From: Lingula anatina
Lineage: Eukaryota; Animalia; Brachiopoda
Assembly (NCBI GenBank): GCA_051362555.1
Contig: CM120640.1
Location: 51,996,788 to 52,060,787, forward strand
Direction of reading: 5' to 3'
Length of the DNA stretch: 64,000 nucleotides
Part shown: positions 14,042 through 27,637 of the stretch, piece by piece
How positions within the stretch are numbered: the first letter of the stretch is position 1
Layout: each line of letters starts with the position of its first letter
The notes under the pieces: generated by a model
Database searches by the model: none
The model's input: only the letters and a program-made list of their open reading frames with translations
What the model was told of the DNA's origin: nothing
Program-made: the position numbers and the translations under genes

Positions 14042-14919
14042 TTAACGAATGTCAAATATCTCCAGCAATATTGGCTCTATCTCATCCACATTAACATGCA
14101 GCAGAACCCTGCCGTGTTCTTCTGTGAACATCTTCATCTCGTCTAGAATCGACAGCACAGCAGGGTACATGCGTCTTGCTTCTCTGTACGAGAACTTGGC
14201 CTCAAAGTAATGCTTGAGCAGGGTCAGATACCTGTCCTGAATGTTGGAAATGATAGCTCTATTAGTCAGGCTGACATACTCTGGGGAGAACAGGGAAATG
14301 ACCTGCAGAATCACCAATACTGTGGAATCATTGCCCAGCAACTTCTTGAACTTCCTGCAAATCTTCACATGGTCCTCCTGGAACCTATTAAGTATCTGGC
14401 CTGCTGTTCTCTTCAAGATCGATGTCGATACCACACCTCTGGGGGAAACCCAGGCATCTTTTACTGCATCATACAGGGTGGCTGAACGGATGTATATAGA
14501 ATTGATGGACGTGCCTTTGAGAAGGACAATTTGTGTTTCCTGGCTCAGTGTCATAAAATCAACAATCTTTTTGGCAAACGTGATCAGTCTGCGGATGATT
14601 CGCCCAGTGGAGTTGACTAGATTGTCCAGGGTTTTATACTCTTCTTCTAAGGGCTCGTCTGCCACTATGCCCAGAGACATATCATAGTTGGCCTGAAGTG
14701 TGGTCAAGAAAGCCAATTCATCATCAGAAAGGCACCTTGTATTGCTGGTCTGGTCCTGTGCAAAGGATGATGGGGGTGGAATAGATAATAACCTGCATGT
14801 TGAGGTGGAGGAAGGCTCTTCCATCTTGATCTGCGTCACAGGAATATCAGTCTTTGGCACCTTTTTCTTATCTCTTGTCTGTACTAGCTTTTCCATCCGT
14901 CTCTTCTTTTCTCCTTCAT
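14042..14919 (-). CDS. Nuclear receptor NR1J/HR96-like: proximal cassette A terminal exon (hinge + complete ligand-binding domain)
   Basis: Acceptor aattaacag|AT at 14919 (phase 1). (D)EGEKKRRMEKLVQTRDKKK...FAKKIVDFMTLSQETQIVLLKG...SNIQDRYLTLLKHY...IEPILLEIFDIR*. Matches ORF 14042..14944. Confidence 0.95.
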
Positions 14920-16764
14920 CTGTTAATTTGAAAAAATAAATCAAATTAATTATAGAAGTATTATAAACAGTATTTTGTTACTCAGAAAATTCCAATAGTT
15001 ACTTATGTTCTTAACAAAGGTTCCCGGCTGAAAGTCAGACAGGTTTGTATAGATTTAAAACATGAGAAAAAGAATCAATTAACAAAGTCATATGTGGGAA
15101 ATAATTAAATATAAAAGGAATGACAAATCTTCATTTTGGCACGAAAAGTACCATAAAACACATTTTTTCTTTGGGTAAATGACAACTTTCTCATATTTTT
15201 CAATGGCAAATGAATCCATTCAGACATTCAAAAATTGCGATTATGTATTATTTTTTTAAAGTGTAGTTTTTGTAATAATCTCTCAATGTGTTGATTAAAT
15301 GTATTTATTGTGGAATTTTGAATCTCATAAGAAGGGTTGTTATCCCTTAGTTTTATAAAAACTAACTAGTAGAGGTGCAGGATCAACTGGTTTTTTTAAA
15401 CATGAATATTCATTTCTTCATTCATTGTTTTGCAGTATAAGTGAAACCATATTTTGTACAAGCTATGTGCACAGTAAAGCATTAAAGCATTAATTATGGC
15501 AAAGCAGGCATAAAAATCTCAAATGCTTACCACCAAATAAATAATGCTGGCATTTGCTAAGCACGCATTTTTATGGTTTTAATATTTTAGCATGCTGTTC
15601 TGTACTTTAATGCTTTCTTTTTTAACCTTTATTTTTGTTCCTCTGGGTTTCACTTCTGTTATACAAGCAGTAAATGTTGCCCAAGTCTGATTATATCCAT
15701 TAGAAGACCACAATCAAACTGTGGAAACTGATGGGCCTATATACCCCTCCCTCGAAAAACCACTTTACCTGGGTTACTGTTTATAACTTGCAATAAATGA
15801 CTCAATCTCTACTGTCATTTTCACCGTAATCATAAAACACTGGGTTATATTTGACAGTATTAGACAATATTTGTGTAGTTGTTGTTTTTTCTGTGTTGTA
15901 ATTGCCAGATAGTTCACTGACCTTTGATATCTGATTTTTGACAAACCATCCCCCCTCCCTTTGCAGCATTCGTGGGCTTCACTACTGCAAAATAAAATCG
16001 CAATGAATTGTTATTGCATTTTCAATCATCCCATTTTTAATCAAAAGCTTTCAGGAGCATCACTGCTACAAAAAAATCTATAATGATATTCCATGACTTA
16101 ATAAACACATAATAAAACATTTCATGATTTGCACTTTATACCCACTAAATTTCAGCCTGTTCTGCTTCACCCGTCTAATATCCCCATGTTTCAATGCATC
16201 AGTAAACATAATTGAATATTTTGGACCGTGCATGACTGGTCTGCATGACAAAATATGGAATGGCATGTGGCACAGTTTTAGCCATTGGCAATGAGAGTGC
16301 ACAAATTTACAATGAGGTATAATATTCTAAAATGTATGTAATTATAAAGCTGGACAGGCATCTTTGAGCCATTTTTCTTTGTTTTTAGGAAACTCACTAT
16401 ATGAAAATATGAACCACATTCTACAAGCTGTGCAAATGAACAGAGAATTTCTGGAAATTGTTGACCTACAATTTTTGTGACCTGCACTATATACTGGACA
16501 TGCACACATCCATTTCCACTGAGGTGATCAATTTCAATTTCTAAAAACAAATATTTCCTCCAGTGATCAACATCAATTATTTTCAACACTTCTAACATGC
16601 GATGTGGTGGGAATTATGATGGGTACTCTTTCCTTACAATCAGCCAACCATATTCGCATATCACAAAGGACGTCAAATACTAATGACATCCATCTTTTCA
16701 TGTATTTGGGTAATTTCTCAAGAACATTCTAGTCATGCAGTCATCAACAGGGCTATTTACTTAC

Positions 16765-16882
16765 CCAGGATCATGTCCTTCCTCATTCCAATGGCAAAAC
16801 ATTTCTGAAGCCGACAGTAGGAACAGAACCGCCTGGTGTTCACATCAATCTTGCATTTCATTTCAAAAACACATTTCAACTC
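16765..16882 (-). CDS. Nuclear receptor NR1J/HR96-like: cassette A second zinc-finger exon
   Basis: ttttccag|GAG...CTG G|gtaagt, 118 nt, phase 0 to 1. Encodes ELKCVFEMKCKIDVNTRRFCSYCRLQKCFAIGMRKDMIL. Not in the ORF track; translated by hand. Confidence 0.93.
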
Positions 16883-18401
16883 CTGGAAAATATTAAAAGC
16901 ATCACCTTTTTATTTAGATGTTTTCCTAAAAGTCCCAACCGTAAGTCTTCAAAAAGGAATTAAGAGTATATATCATTACAGAGTTAGTAAAAACATAGTC
17001 TACTGAAAATGGTTAATGCCAACAGGAAAGCTCCCCAGCTATATCACATTAAAAGCAAAGTTGATGGCTTGGCATGATGGGGAGCAGGGGCAGGGAGGGA
17101 GAGCTCGAGGGAAGCTGCAAGCGCAATAATTGCAATTGTTAGCTTCGTGTTAAATTCTATTTTAAATCAATTTTTGTCTGTGCAGCATATCAGACTTATG
17201 TTTTCACCTTATCAAATCTTTTCATTTATACACCATACATTCGCGAATGTGGAGCACAAAGATCAAGACAGGGTGTACCTCAAATATGGATCTTTTGCTC
17301 TCCATATCCGCGACAGTATCAGACACACACACCACATCATCTGCAAGGTGAATGTGACACCAACTAGTGTATATCACATAGACCTCTACTGCTGTATATA
17401 ACTTCCTTCAGAACAAAGCAATAATCACAAAAGCCTGTGACAGAGAAAAGGGATTTCCAGGTATGAGAATATCATATTTTCTTGGTGTCTTCTTGTTATT
17501 TTGATCAAGTAATATCTGTTTATCTTTGAAATCATTTACTCGGACGTCTTATTGTTATATTCATCAAGTAATATCTGTTTATCTTTGAAATATCTACCTT
17601 ATCACTCCAAAGTGGGCAATATAATCAATAGTGAAGAGTTTATTTGTAGTGATTATTGGTGTCAATGTATTTTTCATATAAATGTATATGTCAAAAGGCA
17701 GAGGAGATCAACATACACTCTCATGACAATTAGGTTTTGATGATGGTATGTGAACCCTCCAATATCTGAGTGTGTGCAAACTGAATTTCTAAAATATAGT
17801 TTAACAATAAGAAATGGAATGCATGACGTTTAAAATGTATTAGGAGAGACAAAACTTGAAGGTGTCTTAAAATAAAAAAAAACATATCTTACACGTTCAG
17901 AAATGGTGTTCTTTTGTACATAACTAGCAGATTATTAATTGGTGGTATTAACAATTGATCAAAATTAGCAGCATATGTTTTGAACATTGTTTTAATAAAA
18001 ATATAAGGAATCACATATTAAGTTACTCAAGTTACTGTAGTTTGTAGTAATCAATATACCATTTGAAGATCATTATCCATTAGCACAAATATTACAAGAA
18101 ATGGCAAACAAAGAAATGAAATATTCTATAAATGACAAGCATTGCATTTTTCCAGAGGACTAGGTATCCCATCCACAACCAGGGAAAAGACGAGACATTC
18201 CCTTCCCTGAGGTGTTGTGTCATAAACACCCATAAGAATGTGTAAATAATTAATAACATAAGTAATTTATTAATAAGGTGTATACTTCAATCAAATGGTT
18301 TCTGTTAGGCAACTTAACCACCACCTTTTTTTGTATTCTACTTAACACAACGTCAAGGAGGTGAGGTGTCACTCAGTTAAGCTGATTGACTGACAGCTTA
18401 A

Positions 18402-19484
18402 AGTCATACTGTGTTCTAAAAACAGAAAATGTTAAATGATTTATTAACAATATAAATACTATAAATTAATTAAATTCGTTTTACCTTTGGAGACAGCTAG
18501 CAATACATCGAATTTGGATCAATGCATAGAAGTTCAAAAATCCAATCATATTGTCAAAATGTGCTACAATCAGCAGCGATCACTTTGCGCCCAAATGCTG
18601 CTTGCATGACCTGTGATCTGAATTGTGTGGTGAAAAAGGCAAGGAGAAAACTCAGAAATGATACTGTTAACAGTATATTTGACTTTTTGGAGCACAAAAA
18701 TGCAACAGTAAATGCCAGAGCACGGCCAACAGGAGTCGTCCCTTGTGGAAATGCACATGATGAGGAAGAGGAAAGCAACTGCTACAGCTCAAAAACAGTC
18801 TACAGCAAGAAGAATATTGTTGAATTATCAGGTGTATTTGTGAAAACTTGAATGTTTACATCTTACTGGTTTCAAAATTTGTGTTACTGCACTGATCACG
18901 TGTAACTCTATGAAAGAAGTACTGGGGTAAGTTGCATAGGTGTGAAAAAAATTTTGAGCTGATATATTTGCGTCTTTTTTTTTTTTTTTTTTACTTGCCT
19001 GGCTTACCTGGAAGGTGACGGTAAGCTCCAGAGGTGTGAAATACTATGCCAGCTGTCAAACCTTTATATCTAATGTTACTGTCTCGTTCTGTCAATTGAC
19101 AGAGCCGGCACGTGTGAAAAACTATGTCAGCTGCTCTGCTACCAAACCTTTACTGTAAACAAAAGAACTTTGGTGTTTGTTTTTGTTTGATTGTAAAAAA
19201 GTATCCAGTTTTTCTTGTCTATGGTGTGAAAATACTTATTGGAAGACAGGGTTGAAAGTAACTGTACCCAAAACTGAATCAACCTGAATGGTGTCACATG
19301 CTTCGATGCTGCTCACGTCACTCAATAGCCTACTTCCTCGCAGCGCCACCACGCTGGCGTTTCTTAAACTAGATTTACACCTGTACAAAATCTGTGTAGA
19401 AACTAATAAAATGTAATCAGTCTCTTTAACTGACCAAAAATTACTTTTGGGCACATAAACCCATTTTTTCAACACAGTATTCCT
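18402..19484. mobile_element. Decayed TTAA-target DNA transposon, Kolobok-like ends
   Basis: Left TTAA|AGTCATACTGTGTT and right AACACAGTATTCCT|TTAA (12/14 inverted match, TTAA on both sides). Contains ORF 18522..18851 of unknown identity. Confidence 0.55.
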
Positions 19485-21451
19485 TTAATATCTAGCATGA
19501 AAGAGAACCATCCAATCCCCCCATCACCATCACCACAATCTCCAACGTGACATGACCAATTAGCTTTGACTGAAGCATATTTCTGTGTTAAAGAGCGCAT
19601 GTCCTAGGAATAATTTTTGCCCAAACATTAGGAAGTGAACTTGTAAATTATGTAAGCTAAGACTCCTGTATCTTAATTATATGACAGAATCTCTCAAAAC
19701 ACATTTACTGATTAAACTAAAGCTAGGTTATAACAATCAATGTGACAAGGGCACAAACAAGACCATCCCCATTCTCAGGCAGGTAGGAAAGCTATGTACA
19801 GAGAGAGAATCACAAAATAGAAAAAATCATTCTACAAATGTCTGTTCAATCGAGCAATATTTTGTCAATGGTCTGAAATTTTAACCCATTCTAATATTTC
19901 TACCCAATGAATACATCTTTATATGATAAAGTGAATCAATTAGCAAAGAGGAAAATTGTGATTTTGTCAAGGTAGCACTAAAAGCAGCTTTCATTGGAAA
20001 AGCAAAATTTGGATAAATAATCACAAGACCTAGGGATACAATTTCACTTTTTATATTGGAAAAAGAACAATCACAAAATATGCACATCAGCTAATGTGTT
20101 TCTTTGACTGATAGTTGGATTTTTATTATCAGTATTCTGCAACATTTACTCAACCTGGATCATTGCAAAACACTCCAAGATGTGTGCTCAGCAAACATTA
20201 ATTCCATACTAGTAGGTTGATGTAATTCATTCTATGACTTTTTCCTTTTGCTTGTATTGAGCTTTCAGTTGTACGCTATATAATAACCATACTATCCACT
20301 GTGGAACCAACAGTGATGCAATGACCACTCAAGAGTTTCAAAAATAACTTTACTACATATTTCACATACCAAAAAATAGAGAGAAATTCAATGCTCCATT
20401 ATTTTGAAATTCCCTTTTTCTTTGATTTTTAACTATTTCCAAATTTTGCCTCAAAGCTTTAAAAAGATTCCACCAAATTTAAGTTCAAGTTTAGAAATGG
20501 ACATAAAGTCATTGGTCTGAGGTCAAACAGACAGGAGTGTTTTGCCTAAGCACAGAAATGTTTGTATCCCAGTGTCTTGCTTTAGACAGGTGTGCATACT
20601 TCTACCCAACCCCTCTCTGTCCCAGTAGCTGCAATTAGTGCTTACCTCTCAAGCAAGAATGAAGCTTCCATCCAGACAACTGCTCCTCAAAAATCACGCG
20701 CACTGCTTACTGCAGGGTCTCCCAAAACAACACATAACATGCAGCACTGGACAAGTAACTTTGCAATAGAAATCTTTTAAGATTTGAGTTCTTAAAAGAA
20801 CACATACATCCATAAGCATATTAGAAATGAGTTAGAAACAAATAATTTGAAATACAGTTGGACAGTATTAGTAATGACTGCTGTTTTAGTAATGAACAGG
20901 ATGTAATGAGTATAATATTATAATAAGCATGTATTTAAACTTGTATCTGGCAATTCAAGGTCAGATAAAACAATATTGATTGATGATACCATCACCGGAC
21001 ATAACATTGACTGATGATACAATAGCCAATTTTTTATCAAAGGCAACACATTAACAATCAGACAGCAACAATGCCAATATTTTTGTTGCAACTTTTGATG
21101 TTAACTTGGATGGCAAATATTCAGGCATTAAATAATAAAATAAAACAAATATTGACTTTTGTTTTCTGTCAATATGTTTTACAGACCTCACAAAAAGTGA
21201 TATCGACCTTGGGACAGCCAAGGCCAATATCACTTTCCAGAGGTCTGCAAGACAATGTATTGACCTCAGCTACAACTAATACTTTGTTGGAATAAAACAA
21301 AACAAAGGGAAATGTTCAGGACAGTGTTAAAGAAATGCAAGCAACATAGATACATGTCATGCTGATTATTGATTCAACTTTGCATCTTAAAAGCTGCAAA
21401 GTTACAGACTATCACAATTTTGAAAATGAATTACTTAAGTACTAAAAATAC

Positions 21452-21625
21452 CTTTTCCTTGAAGGCATTTCTGCGAAAGAAAGCTTTGCAGGACTCGCAA
21501 GTTATAGCATCAAAATTGTATCCCAGGGCACTATCTCCACACACTCCACAGACTTTATCCTCTTTGTTCTTGATTTTCCTTTTGCTTCCCACTCTCTGGG
21601 GTCTCACATCATCAGGTGAAGATGC
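21452..21625 (-). CDS. Nuclear receptor NR1J/HR96-like: shared first zinc-finger exon (P-box ESCKA)
   Basis: ttttattaag|GCA...GAA AAG|gtattt, 174 nt, phase 0 to 0. Encodes ...[50 protein letters not shown] is diagnostic of the HR96/DAF-12 (NR1J) group. Confidence 0.95.
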
Positions 21626-22156
21626 CTTAATAAAAGAAAAGTAGTAAGATATGACAGTCAAACAAAATTGCCTGCAGGCACAGGACTAAAATCTTCTCCC
21701 TTTTTGCAGGGCATATAATAAAATACAATGTTAATTGCTTCTAATAATATAATATAATGATAATAATTCAAGAAAACACAAAACATGACAAATATAAAAA
21801 AAGACAGCAACAGTTCAATTTAGCCCACCAGGGGGTACTTCAAAAGATCAGTGACCTTGACAGGTAGGCCAAAGTAACCCATTCCTGGAGCATCGTAATG
21901 AATACAAAGACTGGAAGAAATAATCTACTAGTACTACACACTTAAAACTTAGGTGCCACACACATAATCAACAGATCAAAGAAAATATGCTTTAATAAAT
22001 CATTCCACATCAATTAGTAAAGACAAAAATAAAATAATGTCTATGAATAAAATTACGTTAAAATACTTACTTTCTTAATTTTTTTACAAGCAAACATTAT
22101 TATGATGAACTTGAAAATGTAACATAGTACTAGTACCCCAACTGTGTATCACTTAC

Positions 22157-22234
22157 CGACATATTCATCATGCTTTCTGTTTCTGAAGATGGAGGTGTTG
22201 GTATGCTACTGCATGGCAGGTCATCAAATGTTGA
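22157..22234 (-). CDS. Nuclear receptor: N-terminal (A/B region) exon 2
   Basis: Strong polypyrimidine acceptor ttttttcag|TCA and donor TCG|gtaagt. 78 nt, phase 0 to 0, STFDDLPCSSIPTPPSSETESMMNMS, in frame with the zinc-finger exon. Confidence 0.75.
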
Positions 22235-25200
22235 CTGAAAAAATCAAAAAAAAATTCTTGGAAAAATGAACAGGTATTGCCATGTAGCGAGTATTTCCTG
22301 CATAGATTAATCCCTGGAAAAGAAGTCTCAATCCTCTTGCAGCTAATACACAAAATACACAGTAGTGTTAATAACAAAGCTAGTTACGTGTATTGTTCTA
22401 TTGCTCTACCATACTTTGCTAGTCCCTTCAATTTACAGTTGCACGTCATAACCTGAAATGATAGATTAGATATTTTGAGCTGGATCCAAATTCCATATCA
22501 AGTAGTACACTAAGTGCAACTGCCACAGGGGCATGCACCATACTGATCTTAAAAACTCAACTTAGCTTTAGACCAGAGACACTAAAGCAATTTTCTCTGA
22601 ATTATATAAGGATAACACCACAGGACAATATGACTGTTGCCTACAATGTTGATAACCAACTAAATTATCTTATCATTTTAGAAAATAACAGCAGCATTCT
22701 GTATGAAGTGTACAAAGATCATAGCCATGAACAAGCTGTTCCATTGGTACTGATATTTAACCACTTATAGCTGAGAGACAGGTTGAAAACTTAAAAATTT
22801 AGAAATGAAATATAATGTAATGAAATATTCAAAACAGATTTTGGTGAGGTAAGCAGATGTGTATTACAGATGTTGACCCAACAGATAAGATACCAGCAGC
22901 GTATAGTGTTCTGAAGTAATTTGTAGTCTTTAAAAATTTTATCATCTCACTAAGAATAATAATGCACGTTTGCAATATTTTCACACAACCTACACATTGT
23001 GATCCTTTACAACTTGACTTGTAACATAAGTATAACCAAGAGAAACATAACAATAACAACGTCATTTTTAAAATCAAATAAACATCCTAGAATGGAATGC
23101 ACGCTGTTCCCTTTTTAGTCAGCATTTTTTACTAATAAGAAAAAGATGAAAAAAGTGATTTCCTGTAGAGTTATAAATGTGATAACATGATAGACACTAA
23201 AATGGTATTAAAGGAACTATGAGGTTTCAGGAAATATGTTGTTTAAGAAAGGGTGGATGAATAGTAACAGCTTTTGACCTAATTAAAAATGAAAGGTAAT
23301 ATTTAATGAAATTATCATCTCATACATCTAATGAAGAAAAGATAATGTTTAAGTAAAGCAACATCTGCTGATGATCAAAGCAACTTTTTTTATAAAAGGG
23401 AAAATGGTAGACTTAAAAATCCTTACAATGTATTAAAAGAATCCTTTTTACCTAACACATTTACTTAATCAAATACTGAAACAAAACAAAATGTGTTGAT
23501 GAAAAAGACAACCTTTAAGGCTTTTTATATGGGAAATGGTAGTCTTGGCTTTTACAAAATAAATGTCACAAAATGCAGACTTTTTACAAAGTAAATAAAA
23601 TCTAATATGGTAGTATTTCATGTACTAGTAGATCAAAGTAAAAAGAATAAATCCACTTTTAAAACCTATTTCAACATTTTCCTTTGTGCAAAACATGGGT
23701 CTGTTAGAGTACATAAATTTAAAGCATCTCTGATGACAAGAAGTAGCAGGATAAAATGAGGTTCGATATTAATATTACTACTTTTGAGAACAAACGGCAT
23801 TCCAAGTTTAAGTAGGCTGAATATGGGATATGGTTTTATAAGAAGTGGTTTTTATTACTGGATATATGCAGAGCTATTCAACAGGTTCATTTCATGCCAT
23901 ATAACACACATCCATTGCAGATAGCAATGTTGTGCAGGACTGCTGAAGTGATCATACACCAATATTTTAGCTCATTCAGTCCATCATTATCTCCATGCCA
24001 ATGATGAACAAATATATACGTAGCTACAGTTAACCTCACTTGGTCTGATTCAACAAGTTTCCAATTCCATTTCCAATGAAACATACTGCAGTGATTATTT
24101 AATTGAATGATAAGGAAAAACGCACTAATTCATGTAGTACAAAATGAGTATTCTTTAACAGCTGACATTATCACTTGCCAACAAAAGGTCACCAAGGCAA
24201 ATTAGAAGACTTAAGGTAGAAAGTTAAAATGTGCATTTTTACAATTGTTTGACTTACAAAAAAATTCTAGGCAACAAACTTTGACACTGTTGGGCTATAG
24301 TTTAGTATTCACATTTTATACCTTTATACTTTCAATGCCACAAAAGTACAATGTCTTAGACTGCAGATGAACTGTGACGTCCATAAGTAAATATTAAATA
24401 AAAGTATATAGTAAATTAAGTAGTATAATTTCAAGCCTTCTGACATTCTGAATAAACTACAATTATCATACATATCACATGCAGTAACCATAACCTGTAT
24501 TCTATTACAATTTATTTTTATTATGTCAAATGTTATAAGAGCATTTTCACATGTGCTGTATATGGCAGCTGTAGACCTACACAAGTTTTACAAAATCATT
24601 CTATTTTCCTCCTTACCAAAAAGTTTGTGCAATGAACATCCTCTTCAATATATTAATCTTACCTTTTAGCAAAGAAACACTGTAGTTATCATCCAGATCA
24701 GGAGCATAACTTAACAAATTGTAATTCATTCGTCAGTTCTTCTTTAAATGATAAGGAAACCATGTTGTGAATACAAACAATCATATTACCAGTATCATCT
24801 CTGTGGCTTGTAATGGAGGACACCCATACTAAGTCAATGAATTGCTTTTGTCAGACTGGTCAGGTAGTGTTAAACTGGTCAGGATTGAATGAGATAGCCA
24901 GAGCAGATATTACATGTAGAAGGGAGAAACAGGGATCAATTCTCCTGACTACTTGGTATACATACATTGTAAAAACTATATATACAAAATGTAAAGATAA
25001 ACATACAGACACAGTGTTTGTTCATGATAGAAATGACCTCCAAAAGTGAACAAGATAAACTATGTTTTACAAAAGCATGTATGTGAGTGAGGGAGATTTT
25101 GCATATATGCATGTTGGTCAAGCACCAGAAGATTTCTACAAGGTACTAGTAATTGAAATGTTGATAAATATAACCCTCACCTCTCTGCTCTCAAAATAAA

Positions 25201-25586
25201 ATTCTGTCTACTCTATTATCCTTTCCAAAATGACTATATTAACAGTAAAAGAAAAGCTCACGTTAACAATCCATTTGGGTGAGGGTGGCACGCAACATCT
25301 GATTTTAGTAACTTCCATGCATGCAAGACCTTCCACAAATAGAGTTACCTGTCAGAATGGCCTGAGAGTGCCAAGCCACTGGTTATGTGGCTTGCTAAAA
25401 ATATCCAATCTTGTTCCCACTATTGAAAAGTTTGTAGCATTCATCATTTACCTAAATTTTTGAGAAAACTGTTAGCATGATTGACTAATTTTTTAATCTG
25501 AAAGTTACTATTTTTTTTACAGAAAAATGACCCTCAAGTTGTCAAGCATACATAGCATAGATTTACAGCACAATGAAGCATAACTC

Positions 25587-25759
25587 AAAGATATCCTCAC
25601 ATATACTTTAAATTGGTTGGCAAAGTACTAGTAAAGACACCCCCACAGATCGTACTTTAAAATGGTTGGCAAAGTAAGGACATCCTCACAGAATCAGATA
25701 CTTTAAACTGGTTGGCAACGTAAACATATCCTCACAGATACTTTAAATTAGTTGGCAAA
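25587..25759. repeat. Minisatellite, ~4 copies of a ~40-50 bp unit
   Basis: atcctcacagatactttaaattggttggcaaagtaa repeated with small indels. Confidence 0.8.
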
Positions 25760-27637
25760 TACAATCATTTATTAACTGTCAAAATGAGCAATATTAAATT
25801 ATATTGGCATTTTCATCTAATTTTTCTTTAGGATAATGCCATAGGAAGAAAGTTTTCCAACCAGCTTCTTCACTGTAATTAAAAAAAAAAAAATTAAAGC
25901 TTTTCTCATTTCACTCTCAATGTGGATTATACACTTTTTCAACAATGGATGCTTCACTTCTCTAGTGTGTCACAGCATAACATCATTGGTTTATTTCACA
26001 TCCACTAATAATAGCATGCATTTGAGGTACTTCAATATATCCAATATGTTGCTTCAGGTTAAAGAGAAAATGTTGATTGTTTTACCTCAGTATATGACAA
26101 GAATATCATGATGAGGATATAGTTAAAAATTTAACACTGCTTGAAGAATAAGAATTAGTTTGTTACATAATTCGAGGTATGTTGGGTATTAAATATAGAT
26201 TAAGTCATAATAAAATGACATTAATCATTAAACTATAGTGACAGGAAGAAGGCGTAAAGCCCTGGGACTGCATCAATGATCTTTTTTATGAGATGGTTGT
26301 AAACAAAGACTAAATTGCAGTTGTTTGGAGAAAAACAAGTGTTACTTCATCTAAATTAACAACAAACAAGCTTTAATATTTTTTCAAGCTTTTTTCAATG
26401 ATCTACTCCAAACTTTAAAGTTAAGAAAACAGTTTATTTGTCCAATGGGCAAGTATCTGCTTGAAATATTACATAAAACAGATATGCCAAAAAAAAAAAA
26501 AAAAATCAGATCATCTTTTTTATTTCATTCGGCAAAATAAATCTACCATCATTTTTCAAGTGAGAAAGTTTCCTCTGACCTCTGTTTTTTATTACCAACT
26601 AAGTTATGTAAAGATGTATTGATGATAACATATTATTAGATATATTCAACTTTTACATTAGTTATAAATTACAAATGAAAAAAAAAATTAATAACAGATA
26701 TAAATCTATATAAGAAATTAACCCCAGAGTATTTAACAGATGAAACAACCTTCCAGGCTGTGCCACATTCAGGACTGAAGTAAAACAGAAAGAAAAAAAT
26801 ATTTTTAAACATATACATTGTAGGAGACACTACTGCCAGCACCACAAGAGTCAATTCCTATCAGCAAACTTCCTATTTCTCTGTAGGTCACCATGATTGA
26901 ACCCAGTAGGAATCATGTGATATAGCTTAATCAAAAGCCATTCTGATAACATCCATCTCCTCCCCCTGTGCTATCACTACTTTGCCAATATCAATTCTAG
27001 GACAGTGAGGAGGCCCACACTTAAAAAGCGTGTTCATTAACTGCATTAATTTGAAATAAAGAAAATGAAAGAAAAACATTCATCATTGTCATTTATTTAT
27101 CTTTGAAAGGTAATATATTTAGAAGCCCCAGGGTCTTTCAATTGATCTTCGTCTAGCAATCATTGCATCATCTCATTCAACTAGGAATGGTTTGGTTAGA
27201 TCATCTGCTTGCACGTGAATTCTAGTCTAGTTATTGTGTAAATTAACAAAAATTTCACACCCTAATTAATGGAAAATGGAAATTCTTGAAAACCCTCCAT
27301 CAAAGTGACGGGAGTTAATTAAAAGTCTGTACAAGTAATTGTCCTGATAGGCCCTTCTGTTACATTTGACATTTTTGCCTTACTCAAATGAATTTCTATT
27401 CTTTATTTTAAAAATAGGGTAATAATTATATCAATATTGACAATTTAAATGTCAAATGCTATACATTCATTCCTGATATTTCTAAATTCCTGGAATTTCA
27501 TAATGAATTTCAAATTAGCTAGACCCTTCATATGCGTCATAGAAATAATCACTTAAGTTTTTATACAAGTAACTTTAATAGCACTCTATACGGGTTTGAA
27601 AACACAGACTCTAAAGATTATAAAACTCTTGAATAAA

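Noticed and set aside
6103-14939. Plus-strand ORFs overlapping the LBD exons (6103-6862, 14210-14939)
   Set aside because: Antisense shadows of the real minus-strand coding exons.
16278-16598. 106-aa minus-strand ORF with splice-like signals between finger 2A and LBD A
   Set aside because: No recognisable domain, no counterpart in module B, and its apparent donor phase does not fit the LBD exon.
24660-26775. Small exon-like segments in receptor intron 1 (~24663-24730, ~25349-25394, ~26750-26774)
   Set aside because: Splice-like signals are present, but phases or stop codons do not fit the phase-0 chain. They could be minor UTR or poison exons; unsupported without RNA data.
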